Under the pieces are notes generated by a model. It saw nothing but the letters and a program-made list of their open reading frames with translations, did not search any database and was not told the DNA's origin. A DNA stretch of 64,000 bases from Octopus vulgaris (lineage: Eukaryota): contig OX597823.1 of NCBI GenBank assembly GCA_951406725.2, positions 101,742,001 to 101,806,000 on the forward strand. Direction: 5' to 3'. Position numbers and translations under genes: made by a program. This document shows positions 1 to 16,013 of this stretch, piece by piece (position 1 is the stretch's first letter; the number at the start of each line of letters is the position of its first letter).

Positions 1-1146
1 TTGCTCTATGCAGCCACTCCTACACCCACACACCGAGACGCACGTGCCACTTGCCCAGTCTCCACTTGCATCGTGCATGTCTGCATGCCACGGTCGCTCC
101 ACCGATGCAGCTCTTTCTTTCTGCACCACTTCAGCAGTGCGACTTTGTCATATCTTTCCGATGACTTCACTCACCTATAGCTGTATGACGTCATCGACAC
201 GGTAACACGCGTACACATACGCGCACGCACACACGCACACACTCGCACATGCATATACACATAAGTATACACGCATACATGCACGCATACCTACATTAGC
301 ATGGAATAGACCTATATGCAATGCGTTTTTTGTATTTTCTTCTTAGCTTCACGCTTCACCTCTACCCCTCTCTCCCCCTCTCTCCCCCTCTCTCCACCCT
401 CCCGTCTCTCTTTCTCTCTCTCTGTCTCGCTCGCTCACTTCCTCTATCTCTCTCCCTCTCTCTCTGTCATGACAAACTGATGCCTATCACATTCCACATC
501 TATGTATCATCGTTTTGGCACACCGTGTCCCACTGACCACTGTTTTTTCACCCTCTCCCTCCATTCTTTCTCTCCATCCCACCTTCCTCTCCCTCTCTTT
601 CACCATCTCCCTCTCCCATTCTCTCTCCCTCTCCTTTTCTCTCTCCCACTCCGTTTCTCATTCTCCCCCTTTCTCTCCCTTTCTCTTTTCCCCTCTCTCG
701 CTCTCTCCCCTCTCTCTTCTCCCTCTCCCTCACACACTAATAGGCATACACCCCACCACACACACACAAACGTACAACTGCCGGCATGGCATCACTCTCA
801 TTCTCAGTTCTTCCAAACACATTGTATCTCAAGAGTTTCGCTGAAGATTTTACCTCATGCAGTGTAATCCAAGACGAAGCCAGGCAGGCAGCGTCCATCC
901 TCCTCAACCAAGCTACACCGACACTTCATCTTCATCTACAACAAGTTCAGAAAGCACTCGCTGCTGTTACAATGATGTCACTAGAGAGAGAATAGGAGCG
1001 GCGGGGTGGGGGATAAGAAGGTATTTGAATAAACCTGGAGAGGCGAAACTTGAAGACATCGCCAATACTTGCGCGATTGGATTTCATTCTACAACTTCCA
1101 TTTAGCCCTTATATCAATCAGTTAAATGCTTGTCATTTAATTTAAC

Positions 1147-1641
<495 letters not shown>

Positions 1642-2371
1642 GTTTCTTTATTGGCCACACAGGGCTACACACAGATGGGACAAGTTACAAGGTAGAGCTT
1701 TTCTTTTGGGGGAGAAAAAAAAAAAGGTGGCGTAGGTTTTCGATCAAAAGGGATCGTAAAAGGGGAAAGAAAAAAAGGAAAAGAAAAAACAAAAGAAAAA
1801 AAAGAAAGAAAGGAAAAGAAAAAAAGAAAAAAGGGAAAAAAGAAAAGAAAAATGAAAAAAGAAGAAAAAAGAGGAAAAAGGGGGAGAGAAAATAAAAAGA
1901 TAGATAGATGATTGTGAGTATACATATATTGTACGTGTATACATACATATATAACAGACCCACACTCATACTCACACACGCATATAACTTTGGATAAATT
2001 GCGCAAAGGATACTGACAATTTCCTGTTCGTTCAGGTCTGTAGATCTGTTGATTCCCTAAGAATTATTTGAATTTGAGCCATCGGGAATACGGTTCAAGT
2101 TGTGCTTCAATTATATGCGTGAAAAGCTAAGCTTTTCAAAAAAATCAACCAGTGATCACGCATAAAGAAAATCAACCGGTTATCACACACATATACAATC
2201 GGTAAGCGGAACAGTAAAAATATGCAAGACTTTACTCAAGTTCAAAATGTGAGTCGTCATCTACATTCTAACTATGGAGCTTTGTATCTTTGTAGCTTTG
2301 TATCTTTGTATCCAGCTCCTTCCTTGCAGGACGACTTCAAATAATTAAAAGCAGAAGAGAAGATACATACA

Positions 2372-2432
<61 letters not shown>

Positions 2433-2434
<2 letters not shown>

Positions 2435-2612
2435 CTTATAAGTAAGGGCTTACTTATAAGTTCTTTATAATTTTAACCGTAAAGGTATTTTAATATGCTG
2501 TCACATTTTTTGATGGAATTTTTTTCTGTATAAAAAAACTTCATCCTATATTAGTAGTATATATATATATATATATATATATACGGGTTTTTAAAAAAAT
2601 CCTATATTAGTA

Positions 2613-2654
<42 letters not shown>

Positions 2655-2662
2655 GGGTTTAA

Positions 2663-2697
<35 letters not shown>

Positions 2698-2784
2698 TAC
2701 TAATATAGGATGAAGTTTTTTTATACAGAAAAAAAATTCCATCAAAAAATGTGACAGCATATTAAAATACCTTTACGGTTAAAA
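2433..2784. repeat. Complex fold-back inverted repeat around (TA)n
   Basis: Arms 2471-2559 and 2695-2784 are reverse complements (one homopolymer indel). There is a perfect 14-bp hairpin at 2433-2462, and the spacer holds re-copied arm fragments. Confidence 0.9.
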
Positions 2785-2984
2785 TATATATATATATATA
2801 AGAGAGATCATAGTGTCATTGAGACCCAAAGATGTCAGGTAATGCTGAATAAGTGCTATAGACAGACCATAGTTAAGTTCCAGATTCGGTAATATTGCGA
2901 ATAAAGGGATCGACGTTGGTTCTTTTGCGTAATGAGATTAAAAAACCAAGGCTGTATAGATATTAGACCATTTATAGATAGAAG

Positions 2985-3039
2985 GTCTTACAGCTGTTTC
3001 TAGAATATTAATTAATAATCATATCCCTTCATCGGAGAC
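2985..3039 (-). ncRNA. Type I hammerhead ribozyme-like motif (core variant CCGAUGA)
   Basis: Minus strand: gtct-CCGATGA-agggatat..atattcta-GAAA-cagctg-TA-agac. Stem I gtct/agac; palindromic stem III ACAGCTGT. Confidence 0.65.
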
Positions 3040-3190
3040 GATGTGAGAGGAAAAGTTAAGTCGTAGTTAGTTTCGATGTGATACAAATAGAGAGTGAGGT
3101 GGAGAAAAGAAAATAGATGTAAGATATGTATGGCTATTTAATTCGTAAATCCGTTTTATAGACATAATGGTATATATGTGTATGTATGTG

Positions 3191-3268
<78 letters not shown>

Positions 3269-4821
3269 CAGTGGGGGAAATAAATATTCGTTTACGTCAA
3301 AATTCTTTATTCATTTAATTTCTAATGAACATAAATGGGATATACCAATACTATATTTGCATACACATGCATACACTAAGAATATGCAAAAGAAACTTAT
3401 GAATAATAGTAACTAAGGAATTTATATTCAATTATAAATATTTAGGGGTGAAAAAAGTATTCGTAAGGAACATAAATAACTGATAATTTTGATTTAATAC
3501 TTCGTAGCATAACCATTATTCAGTTCCACTTCAACCAATCTCTTCTTGTCGTTCTTAATCAATGACTCGCATGTTTCTTTAGGAATTTTTTCCCATTCTT
3601 CTTGACAAATTTTCTTTAAATCTGCAATGCATGTTGGGGCTCTTGAATGAATTTTAATTTTCAAATAATGCCACAAATTTTCAATGGGGTTCAAGTCAGG
3701 TGACTGGCTTGGTCATTCTAATAATCTTATATTGTGATCAACAATCCATTTTATGGTAGACTTCGTTATCCTGTTGTAAAACCCACCCTTCACAAAATGG
3801 AGCTTTTCTACAGAGTCCCATAAATCATTGTTCAAAATATTTTGGTACATCTCTGCATTCATTCTACCATCTATCACATGTAAATTGCCGGTACCATTTG
3901 CAGAGAAACACCCTCACACCATGATGTTGCCACCTCCAAACTTTACGGTAGGAATTGTGTTTTTCGGCGAATAGGCGGTACCATCTTTCCTCCAAACATG
4001 GCTCCAAACAATTCAATTTTTGACTCGTCTGTCCATAGAACATTTTCCCAGAATGTATCAGATTTATCTTTATGTTTATAAACAAATTTTAAACGGGCAT
4101 CTCTATGCCTTTTAGTCAACAGGGGAGTTTTTCTAGGAGAGCGTGATTTCAGTTCATTCCCATGAAGTTCATTGCTGATTGTTCGTAGTGTAAAACTAGT
4201 CCCTGAAGCTAACAAATCTTCTTGCAACTCCTTTCTGGTGATCATTGCATTTTTCTTAAAGATCTAGGGGAAATCTTGCATAGTGCACCGGATCTTATTC
4301 TGTTTCCAACAGTTCTTGATTTTCTTATATCTTTGAATAAATGAAGATATGGTAGGAAATGGAATACAAAGGGTCTCTGATATTTTCCTGTAACTTTTAC
4401 CTGCTTTCCACTGTTCAATAATTAAGTATTTCACTGAATTTGTGAGTTCTTTACTTTTCGCCATTATTACGATACTACTTTATGTTGTCTCAATGCTGAA
4501 TGAAGAAGCTAGTGTTTTGACACTTAAAAATGACAACTGATAAGATTATTGAACAAACGAGAAAGTTCTAGTAAAAAAAAATTATTTTAACAGTATTTTG
4601 TGGCATAGGAAATCATAAATGTATTCTGTACGAATACTTTTTCACCCCTAAATATTTATAATTGTATATAAATTCATTAGGTACTATAATTTATTAGTTT
4701 CTTTTGCATATTCTTAGTTTATGCATGTGTATGCAAATATAGTATTGGTATATCCCATTTATGTTCATTAGAAATTAAATAAATAAAGAATTTTGACGTA
4801 TACGAATATTTATTTCCCCCA

Positions 4822-4824
<3 letters not shown>
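3269..4824 (-). mobile_element. Tc1-family DNA transposon, IR/DR type, non-functional
   Basis: TA|CAGTGGGGGAAATAAATATTCG...CGAATATTTATTTCCCCCACTG|TA. About 195-bp TIRs (3269-3465, 4629-4824) inserted in a (TA)n tract, with internal transposase remnants. Confidence 0.95.
3494..4464 (-). pseudogene. Tc1 (DD34E-type) transposase pseudogene
   Basis: Broken ORFs: HTH region MAKSKEL..., PRKTPLL, VLWTDESKIELFG, (SPDL)NPIENLW...CQEEW...GYATKY; stops and frameshifts. Confidence 0.92.
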
Positions 4825-4886
<62 letters not shown>

Positions 4887-5551
4887 CACATTCATGTTAG
4901 AAGCAGTGTGTGTTTACGCGCGTGAGCGAGTGAGAGAGAGTGGGGGGGAGAGAGAGAGCGATATGAATCATTAATAGTACGGATAATCTGGATATATCTG
5001 GTTTTGGCATGATATCATGTTCTGTGGTTGGTAAGTCATAAACTGCTTAAGCTGTGTATATTGTATGGGGAACTTTCTTCCAAGCAATCCACAAGTATGC
5101 GAATTTCGTTCCAAAAACTTATTTACAGTGAACCCCCGCCCACTCCTTCACGGTGTTACATTATATAAGCGAATATCTACACCCATACATCATGCACACT
5201 TACACACATACACACGTAAACATACGTGTACAAATATACACGCACGCACACACACACACACACACTTTTATTCTTTTGTTCTATTACTTGTTTTAGCCAT
5301 TGGACTGTAGCCATGAGGAGCAGCAACTATATCTGGATTTGCGCGCATACATATTTAAGTATATACACATATAAACACACATGTATGTATGTATACACAG
5401 ATACATACATACACACATACATATATATGTGTATATATATATATATATACGCACATATACATGCACACACAGCACTCAAAATGTTTATATTAATATATAT
5501 GTGAATGAATGTGTGTGTGTGTGTGTGTGTGTGTACGCAAAACATTCAGAC

Positions 5552-5755
5552 AATTAGATGATACAAAAAAAGGGACAAGAAAAAACCATTCGGAGGTTTC
5601 TTTCCTCAGTCGAGTTCCAGATTATCTTTGCAATTTTGGCTGGTTATACTCGACATTGCTCCAATCTGGCCAGTCTCAAGGAAAAACTAAGCTAGGAGCA
5701 CTAGATTCCTTGGAAGAAAGCAGCGAATGTATACGAAGACAAGGACGGAAACTGT
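5552..5755 (-). mobile_element. Short interspersed repeat, probable Penelope-like relic (homologous to 12470-12668)
   Basis: Reverse complement shares ccagattggagcaat..cagcc(g/a)aaattgc..gataatctgg..gac(t/c)gagga with 12478-12548. Family assignment is inference. Confidence 0.5.
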
Positions 5756-5847
5756 GTAAATTGTGGGTATGGACGTATGACACAGTTTACACACATAGAA
5801 TAGAATAGTTAGTGGGCTGTTATATAGATATATGTATGTATGTGTGC

Positions 5848-5993
<146 letters not shown>

Positions 5994-6066
5994 AAAAAAC
6001 AAAAGACGAAGACAGTGGTGTAGACAACAAACAGATGTATTAGTATTACGCTCGGGAAGTGAAAAA

Positions 6067-6109
6067 GTCTTTAACGTTTCGAGCCTACGCTCTTCTACAG
6101 AAAGGGACA
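6067..6109 (-). ncRNA. Minimal hammerhead-like relic
   Basis: Minus: cttt-CTGTAGA-a-gagc(gtag)gctc-GAAA-cgt-TA-aag; one core mismatch. Confidence 0.5.
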
Positions 6110-6212
6110 CAGAAAGAAACAAGGAGATAAAATGAAGAATGTTTAGTGGCTAGCGATCTATCATGGAGAATGATATATATGTAGATCGATGTATGTACGT
6201 GTGAGTTGGTCC

Positions 6213-6267
<55 letters not shown>

Positions 6268-8232
6268 TATATGTAAGCATATGGATATGAAAGTAAACAG
6301 ATCAACATACGGATGGATAGTTACATAGGTTATATGAACAAACATGCACACATACGCAAATGAAGACTGAAACACATGATCATATACACACACACACACT
6401 TCACTTCACACAAGGACACATATGGAGACACACGTCCATACATGATGCACATCCATACATGCATGGTACATAGTTGCAAAACACACACACACACACACTG
6501 AAATATGAACACACAAAGAGACAGAGGTACACACACACATATACAAACACACACAGCGCGCACATACATAAAAACACACAGACATAGACATGCAAACATA
6601 AATATGCAGAATGCTTACATACAAACGTATACACATAGATACATATGCACACACACATACATGCATACACACACATGCATACATACATACATACATACAT
6701 ACATACATACATACATACATACATACATGCATGTATAGGCACACACACACACACACACACACACACTGACCCACACACATGCGCACAAACAAGCAAAAAA
6801 GAACGTAGTGTGAGTAACGAACAGAGTCAAGACTATTGAAAAGGTTGCAAGACGCAACGAAAATTTTAGGAAAATAAAAATAAGGAATAAGTGGAAATTT
6901 TACCGGTGAGTGTGTTAAATTATGAGGCGCTAAAAGAGAATGACTCTCCCCAGACACAACAGAATATGCTTCAACACACGAACTCACATAAATAATCTTG
7001 CAAACCAAATCCAAAAACAATATATATATAGGTATATATATACACACACATATACATATGTATACATTTGTAGTGTATGTATGTATGTATGTATGTATGT
7101 ATGTGTATATGTGTATGTATGTATTTATGTATGTAGGTAGGTTGGTATTTGTACACACATAACTGGCATGTGTGTATACATACATACGTACATACATGCA
7201 TACATACATACATACATACATGCATGCATACATACATACATACATACATACATACATACATACATACATGCATGCATGCATGCATACATACATACATACA
7301 TACATACATACATACATACATGCATACATACATATATACATACACACATACGTACATACATACATATATGCATACCGACATTTACTTAAACACACGCACA
7401 TACGATATATGTGTACGCGTAAGAGTGTTTGCATTTACACACACATAGAAATGTGTATAAATATGTGTGTTTCTCTATATGTGTGAACGCATATATATTT
7501 GTCTACCTTTAATACACACGCTGGCAATGATTTTAGTGGAGGCTTGTTGATGGGTAGATGGCGGCGGGTATCATTTACTATCGCACCAACCTTTCGTCTT
7601 CTCTCTTCATAAGGGTAGGGAGCGAAATATGAACCGGAAACATTCCAGATACCCAAACGCAGAGTCACTCTAAGTAAGGATGAATATAATATCTTGGTAA
7701 TTCACTTTTATAGTTTTTCTTTACCATTTTTGGCTTTATTACCTTTACCTTATAAGTTTCAGCGAAATACGGGTAGATGTTTTTACATACCCCATTAACA
7801 ATCTCATACTTCACCCTTTCGTTTATAAGAAATAGGAGATATAATTGTATGTTTCATAAGTAGATTAAATAAAATTAAGACAAGTAAAGAAGTAATTAAC
7901 GCTATACGTGAATAATTAAAACAGAAAAGAAAATTAATTCTGAGAGAAAAGAAAACAACTTCTTTAACGTATACAGTATTACTACCGCGAAAATTTATTA
8001 TTAAAGCAATATTTCGTGGCTGAATGAACAGCCTTGGCAATTGTTTTTCGTATTATATCAGACTTTCAGACTTTTGTATATTCATTCCAGTTTGGTCCGG
8101 TCTCTTTCCATCTGTTTCTCACTCGTTCTCTCTTTCTCCCTCTTAAACACACATACACACATAAACATGTACACACACATACATATACATTTATATAAAT
8201 ATACATACATACACACGCTCACACACACAAAG

Positions 8233-8329
<97 letters not shown>

Positions 8330-8507
8330 AAAAATAAGAATAAACGTAAGTTCATGTTTAAGTTCCTACGCGAGTTTCACCATTATGGTTACGTTGGAAC
8401 CCTAAGATGGTTGTTCCAAATGCATATAGATGACTAACTATAATGGATCCTCAGAGAACACTTTATTGTATCAACTAACAAAGACATTTTTCTTTTGCTT
8501 CTTTCAC

Positions 8508-8730
8508 CGGTTGTCAAGCGGTGATGGGGGAACAAACACAGACACAAAGTTACACGCACACATACAAATATATATGTATATGTATATATGCACGACTGGC
8601 TTCTTCGGGCTTCTGCCTACTAAATCCACTCACAATGCTAAAGTACAAGCCCATTTACCCGAGGTGCCACGCAGTGGGACTGAACCCCGAACCATATGAT
8701 TAGGTAGCAAGTTTCTTACCACACACCCAT
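8508..8730 (-). mobile_element. tRNA-derived SINE family A, 5' part
   Basis: Head with B-box-like ggttcagtccc; matches full copies at 21240 and 28936. Confidence 0.8.
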
Positions 8731-9994
8731 ATACATACATACATACATACATACATACATACATACATACATACATACATACACACATACATACATACAT
8801 ACATGCATACATACATACATGCATACATGCATACTTATGTATGTATCATCAATTCTTTTTCAGATGATATTCTCAGGAATGCAAGCGCAATTTATTAAAT
8901 GAATTTGTGTGTGTGTGTGTGTGTGTGCATGTAAACTTAGTTGCGTGTGCGTGATCTGGGCACACGTTTTCGTGCACTTACAGCCTTTCAGGGTATTCCA
9001 TATATCATTGCAAGGTTAACACAGACAATAAATAAGAAACCTTTTAAAACTACTTAAACTTCTATTCACTGATCTCAAACGTTATTGAAATGCTATTGCT
9101 GATATGGTGTAAAGTGTACCATACAGAAGAAATTTATCTCCTAGCGAGTTCGCTATGCAATTTTTTATCTACAGTCGTAAACTTACTAAATTTCATTCTA
9201 CCCTAAAACAACTCTCTTCCTAATAGTTTTACTCTTAAGCAACTTTCAAATACCTTCCCTTACATAAATACCATTATATATCTTTTTTTTATTTTCTCTC
9301 CTTTCATAAAAAAAATTTTCGGAAGAGATTTTTCACGAGTCAAAAATTTGTCTTTGTAAGATTTGGCAGTGCTAAATCCATCAAACAACACAAAGAATGT
9401 TTTAAGAAATTTTATCCTAAGACCTGTTTTTAGACAAAATTTCCCAAGTGTTCCTTATTTTGAGATTATTTTCCCCTTAGGATCTCCTTACTGTCTTCAA
9501 ACGAAAACCTTCTTATGGAATATGCCATGCGTGTTTAAATCTTTCTACTATAGGCACAAGGCCTGAAATTTTGGTAGAAGGGGCTTGCCGATTACATTGA
9601 CCCCAGTACTTGACTAGTATTTCTACCAATGATCCTACCAATTCCTCGCCTGATCATGCATGTATAATAAAGTTATGAAAAAAAAAGAGAAATTGCTCAG
9701 AAATGCTCATGCGTATTAAATTAGCTTTTATATCACTATTTTTCACCGAGATTAATTTTGTCTTTGATCCTTACAGAGTCGATAAAACAGAGCCCCAATC
9801 CAACGTGGAGGAATTGGCTTAATTGTTAGAAGGTCAGCTGATATAACTTGCGGTGTCTGAGTTCTTTTGCACTCTGATAGAAACGCCTTCGGCGGCAGTG
9901 GTGCCAAGAGATATCGGGCTTTAAGTGGTAACCTTTACCTTGGGCAACATCAGTGACGCGTAGAGGAAAGATTTGCATGTGTGAGTAACTACTA

Positions 9995-10361
9995 ATCTTC
10001 ATAAAAAAAACCTTGTCCAGGAATGTGCATAAGATGTAGTGATCGACATATGTCCCCTATGGTAACTGCTTTGGTAGTTTCTCGCATCCGAGAAAGTTCT
10101 GCAATTGTTTGCTGCATCACGTGCACAGATGACTTGTTAATAGTAATCAAACGTTTGTTCTGCACATTGGCCAATTCCCTCCACCAAATCAACATTGCTT
10201 GTACAAGTGCATGGTACCACACGTCAGATGTCGAAGTAGTTGCAGAGCAACTTGATATGAACTGTTTTGCTCAAGAATACAACGCTTCACCTGGTCCGGG
10301 ATTCGAAACCACGAACTCGTGATTGTGAGTGCAACACCCTAACCACTAGATTACGCGCTCC
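9995..10361 (-). mobile_element. tRNA-derived SINE (family E)
   Basis: Minus head: tagtggttagggtgttgcactcac...ggtttcgaatcccgg (A/B boxes), then ttcttgagcaaaaca; 3' boundary approximate. Confidence 0.65.
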
Positions 10362-11378
10362 AATATTTTTAATTTACACGCACACAACCTACCCACTCAT
10401 CAACACACACATATACACACACGTACATATATAAACACACACACACACACACACACACAACAGACATGCATAAACAAATATGTCACACTTACAGATTAAG
10501 AAACGTTCACTAAGTAGACACTAGTGTCACCTAAGAAGATTTGTTTGTAAATATTGTTAAAATGCTTTGCGATATTTAGTTGATCCACCTTCTTTCCTTC
10601 AAATATCACCAATATTGACTTACGTCTTTCACACATTCTTGTCGATAAACGGAGGCCATCGCCGAATTTGTGACACTGTTTTAGAATTCATTAACATTGA
10701 TTTCTTATACAGAGACAAAACTTCACAGTTGGAGGATGGATGTAATCGGATATAACGACCCCAGTTCTTCCAGCACTTGACTGGTATTTTATTTCATCGA
10801 TCTTGAACGGATGAAAAGCAAAGTTGATTTCGACGAAGTTTGAACACAGAACATTAAGATCTACAACTAAATACCACGACGCATTTTGCCCATCAATCTA
10901 CCGATTCTTCTTATCCATAAATACTGATTTTTAGCATAGGCAGGACTTTAGTTTAAAGGAGCTGTATAATCGATTATATCGATCTGATTAGTTGATTGGA
11001 ACTTTATTGTACCATCCTCAAGCAGAAAGAGCAAAGTTTACCTCAGTGTGCTTTGAACTCAGGCTGTGAAAGAATTGATTTTATCCAATGCCCAATGTTG
11101 CTAATTTATCCCACTTCCAAAATACTGAAAAGTTATCATGTAGGCACTGAAAGAAGATCTTGAGCTGTGCCCGCCCTGTTCTGACTAAACCGTTAAAAGA
11201 AAGAAAGTTCGAAATCGCAAGGCCACGGAGAAACTCTGTTGTTGCTTTGTAGACCGGTAAAAATTGTTGATGCTGATGTTACAGTTATTGTTGACATCGT
11301 TGTTGTTTAACCAAACGCCAATCTTGTTTAAGCAAACCCACAATGAAATGCATTCCAGCTATGGCCATCCTGTAACTT

Positions 11379-11484
11379 TAGATATAACAGTCAAAACTCG
11401 ATTCTAAAACCACACCAAACATTCATACAGCACCAGGAGAATATTTGATGTGGTTTTAGAGTCAAGTTTTGACTGCTATATCTA
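11379..11484. repeat. 46-bp-stem hairpin
   Basis: 11379-11424 vs 11439-11484: 41/46 reverse-complement identity, 14-nt loop. Confidence 0.85.
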
Positions 11485-11604
11485 GCATGACGGTATCTTT
11501 TAGATACCCTAATTATAATTTTAATAATAATTATTACTAATGAGCTTTTTATTCTCATGCTAGCCACTTGATATGATCGGTATTTTAAATAACGATCTTA
11601 TCCT

Positions 11605-11636
<32 letters not shown>

Positions 11637-12426
11637 TTTTTCTTCCATAGACAAAGGGTAGATATGGCTGCTTTTTCTAGCAGGTCGAGAAACCAAATAA
11701 AAAAACTCCTTTAGCTAATAGACTCAATACATTGTTGTTTAGCTATACCAATCAAGGCCATCTCATCTCTATGTATCATTTATTCATAAGGCGGCAGGTT
11801 GGGTGTGATTTAAGGTCTGAGGTAGATTTGGCAACTATTTCTAGCAAGTCGAAGGACCACGTAAGACGCTCCCTCGTCGGCTTGTAGTCATAATATGTAA
11901 TATGGTAGATGCGATTTAGATAAACCACAGCACGTAGACAGAGGTCGACTTGATAAACAATCCGTATACGTCGTGACTGCTTAGGCACAGCTTGTAACAT
12001 AGCAATGAGCCCTAAATTGTTTCGAATCGTTTCCCCTTTTTAGTTCTACACCTCTTGCCCAAATGATACCACCTCCCCACCGATCTACCCCTGTCCCTGT
12101 GTGTATTTTATAGCATTATCCTAAAGAGTGAGTCACAGAACGGTTGTTAACTCTAGAAGTTTCAAGAAAACAGTGTTAAAACACAAAAACTGTGTTATGA
12201 TTACCTTCGCTGACAACGTTCCTCCCTCTCCACCACCACCACCTCCGCCGCCGCCGCTTTACTTATTATCAGTACGAAACTTTAGGAACTACAGCTGTAA
12301 ACATGTTATCTGGAAATATATATGCGCGGATGTCCTTGTGTGCGTATGTATATGTACGCGCAAGCGTGTGTGTGTGTACGTATGTAATATGTAAAAATAC
12401 ATTATGATGTGTGTGTGTGTAATATA

Positions 12427-12462
<36 letters not shown>

Positions 12463-12469
12463 AGTATGT

Positions 12470-12661
12470 ATGCCGCTGACCAGATTGGAGCAATCTCAAG
12501 AATAATCAGCCGAAATTGCGAGGATAATCTGGTGCTTGACCGAGGATAGAGGGCTTCGAATGACCCGTCCTTGTTTTCGTTGTATCGTCTATCTGGATGT
12601 TTTACTGTCCCTTTTTGTATCAACTAGCTATCCGGATGTTTTGCGTTCTTGTCCCATTTTG

Positions 12662-12668
<7 letters not shown>
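12470..12668 (+). mobile_element. Short interspersed repeat between (TA)n tracts, probable Penelope-like relic
   Basis: Homologous to reverse complement of 5552-5755. Confidence 0.5.
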
Positions 12669-12741
<73 letters not shown>

Positions 12742-12976
12742 ATAAGAGTAAATAATATCTTTAATTGTTTTTAAAAAAAACAACAATTATTTACTGGTAG
12801 ATTTCGGCATGTAAATATAACCATTAAATAGTGGAAGAAAGCAAGCAAGGAAGGAAAATTTACGAATTCTATCGTCTATATAGGTTTAGCCTATGCTTGA
12901 TTTCTTCCACTATTTCGATGTCGCCTGATCGGGAAATGGAGGTACGTAGCATTTGATAAATCTATTTTAGTGGAGG

Positions 12977-13031
12977 TTTACGCTGACGTATATATTTTAT
13001 TATATTCCTAATCTAGAAACGCGTTCGTAAA
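12977..13031 (+). ncRNA. Hammerhead-like relic
   Basis: tttacg-CTGACGT-...-GAAA-cgcgt-T-cgtaaa; 6-bp stem I, palindromic stem III ACGCGT. Confidence 0.5.
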
Positions 13032-13466
13032 TGACCGTGAGACTTTGTTTTCGTTATATCTTCCTTCTGTTTTGCATATGTGGATTACAGGGATATGTCG
13101 TATGTGGAGTCTCATTTGTAGAAAATAGAAATAAACAGTCTTTGTCTGCTATTTCTAATTTTTTCGGTATATATATATATATATATTCAGTGAATCTTAA
13201 ATCCGAAAGAAAAGCATAGTAGAGGCACTTGCAAGAGAGGCCATAGACCAACGTGTTTTAGGGTCTGCAGAAATGCTGTAAAGCTGAGCGCTTTATGGAT
13301 GTGAGACCCAGAGTAACCCCACAGACCGGTCATCTCTCTCTATATATATATATATCTATCTATCTATCTATCTCCCTATTTATCTCTCTCTCTCTTTATA
13401 TGTATACATACATACATACATACATACACTTAGTAGTACGCCCATGCGCTGTATAGACCAATTTCC

Positions 13467-15244
<1,778 letters not shown>

Positions 15245-15262
15245 TTCATGGTTACTTTGGCG

Positions 15263-15325
<63 letters not shown>

Positions 15326-15788
15326 ATGCATAAACACACATGCAGGTGTACATACTCATATACATATATGCAGTCAATATTGAATATATTTTTTGTAAAA
15401 ATAAGTGACTATTTAATATTTAACATTTGAAATATTCGTTGCAATGAGCAGAGCGAAAGAGCTCCAGGAATAATAGGCAAACGAAGAACAACCATCCCGT
15501 GATGATATTCATTCAGCAGAACATTACAAACAAATCTCCCTTTCATGGTGTAATATTCAGATCATTTAGATTCTGAAGAATTAAACAAACACGGATATTC
15601 AAACAGCGAGCATTCAAACTAATAGACCAACCCATAGAATAATATAAACGCAAACATAACACAAAATATACATCAGAGATTAAACCCCTTGAAAATATAC
15701 AAACCTACATGTCACGTGTATGAAATGAAACAAATGCATACAATCAACAGAAAATATTAAAGCATTATCAAAAATCGCATTAAAAAAA

Positions 15789-16013
15789 GCCGTTAATAAC
15801 ACACGTATTTAGCTTTCTATCAAACATCCAGTGTCTCTGTTTGATCACATCCGTATTCGTTTGATATTTACTGTTTTAACAGTAACAGCCTTTAGTTTTA
15901 ATAGTCATTGGTTAATATAGATCAGATCACGCGTGCGCCATTTTAAAATTACTGGCTGCACAAAACAGAGTGAAAGACAGATAATGAAAGAAAATATATG
16001 TGTGCAACAGAAA
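15789..16013. repeat. Direct repeat copy 1 of a 225-bp unique-looking segment
   Basis: Near-identical to 18826-19052 (about 4-5 differences). Confidence 0.92.

Noticed and set aside
1-1105. Short ORFs at the window start (8-205, 786-995, 857-1105)
   Set aside because: No recognisable motif or convincing splice-site pair.
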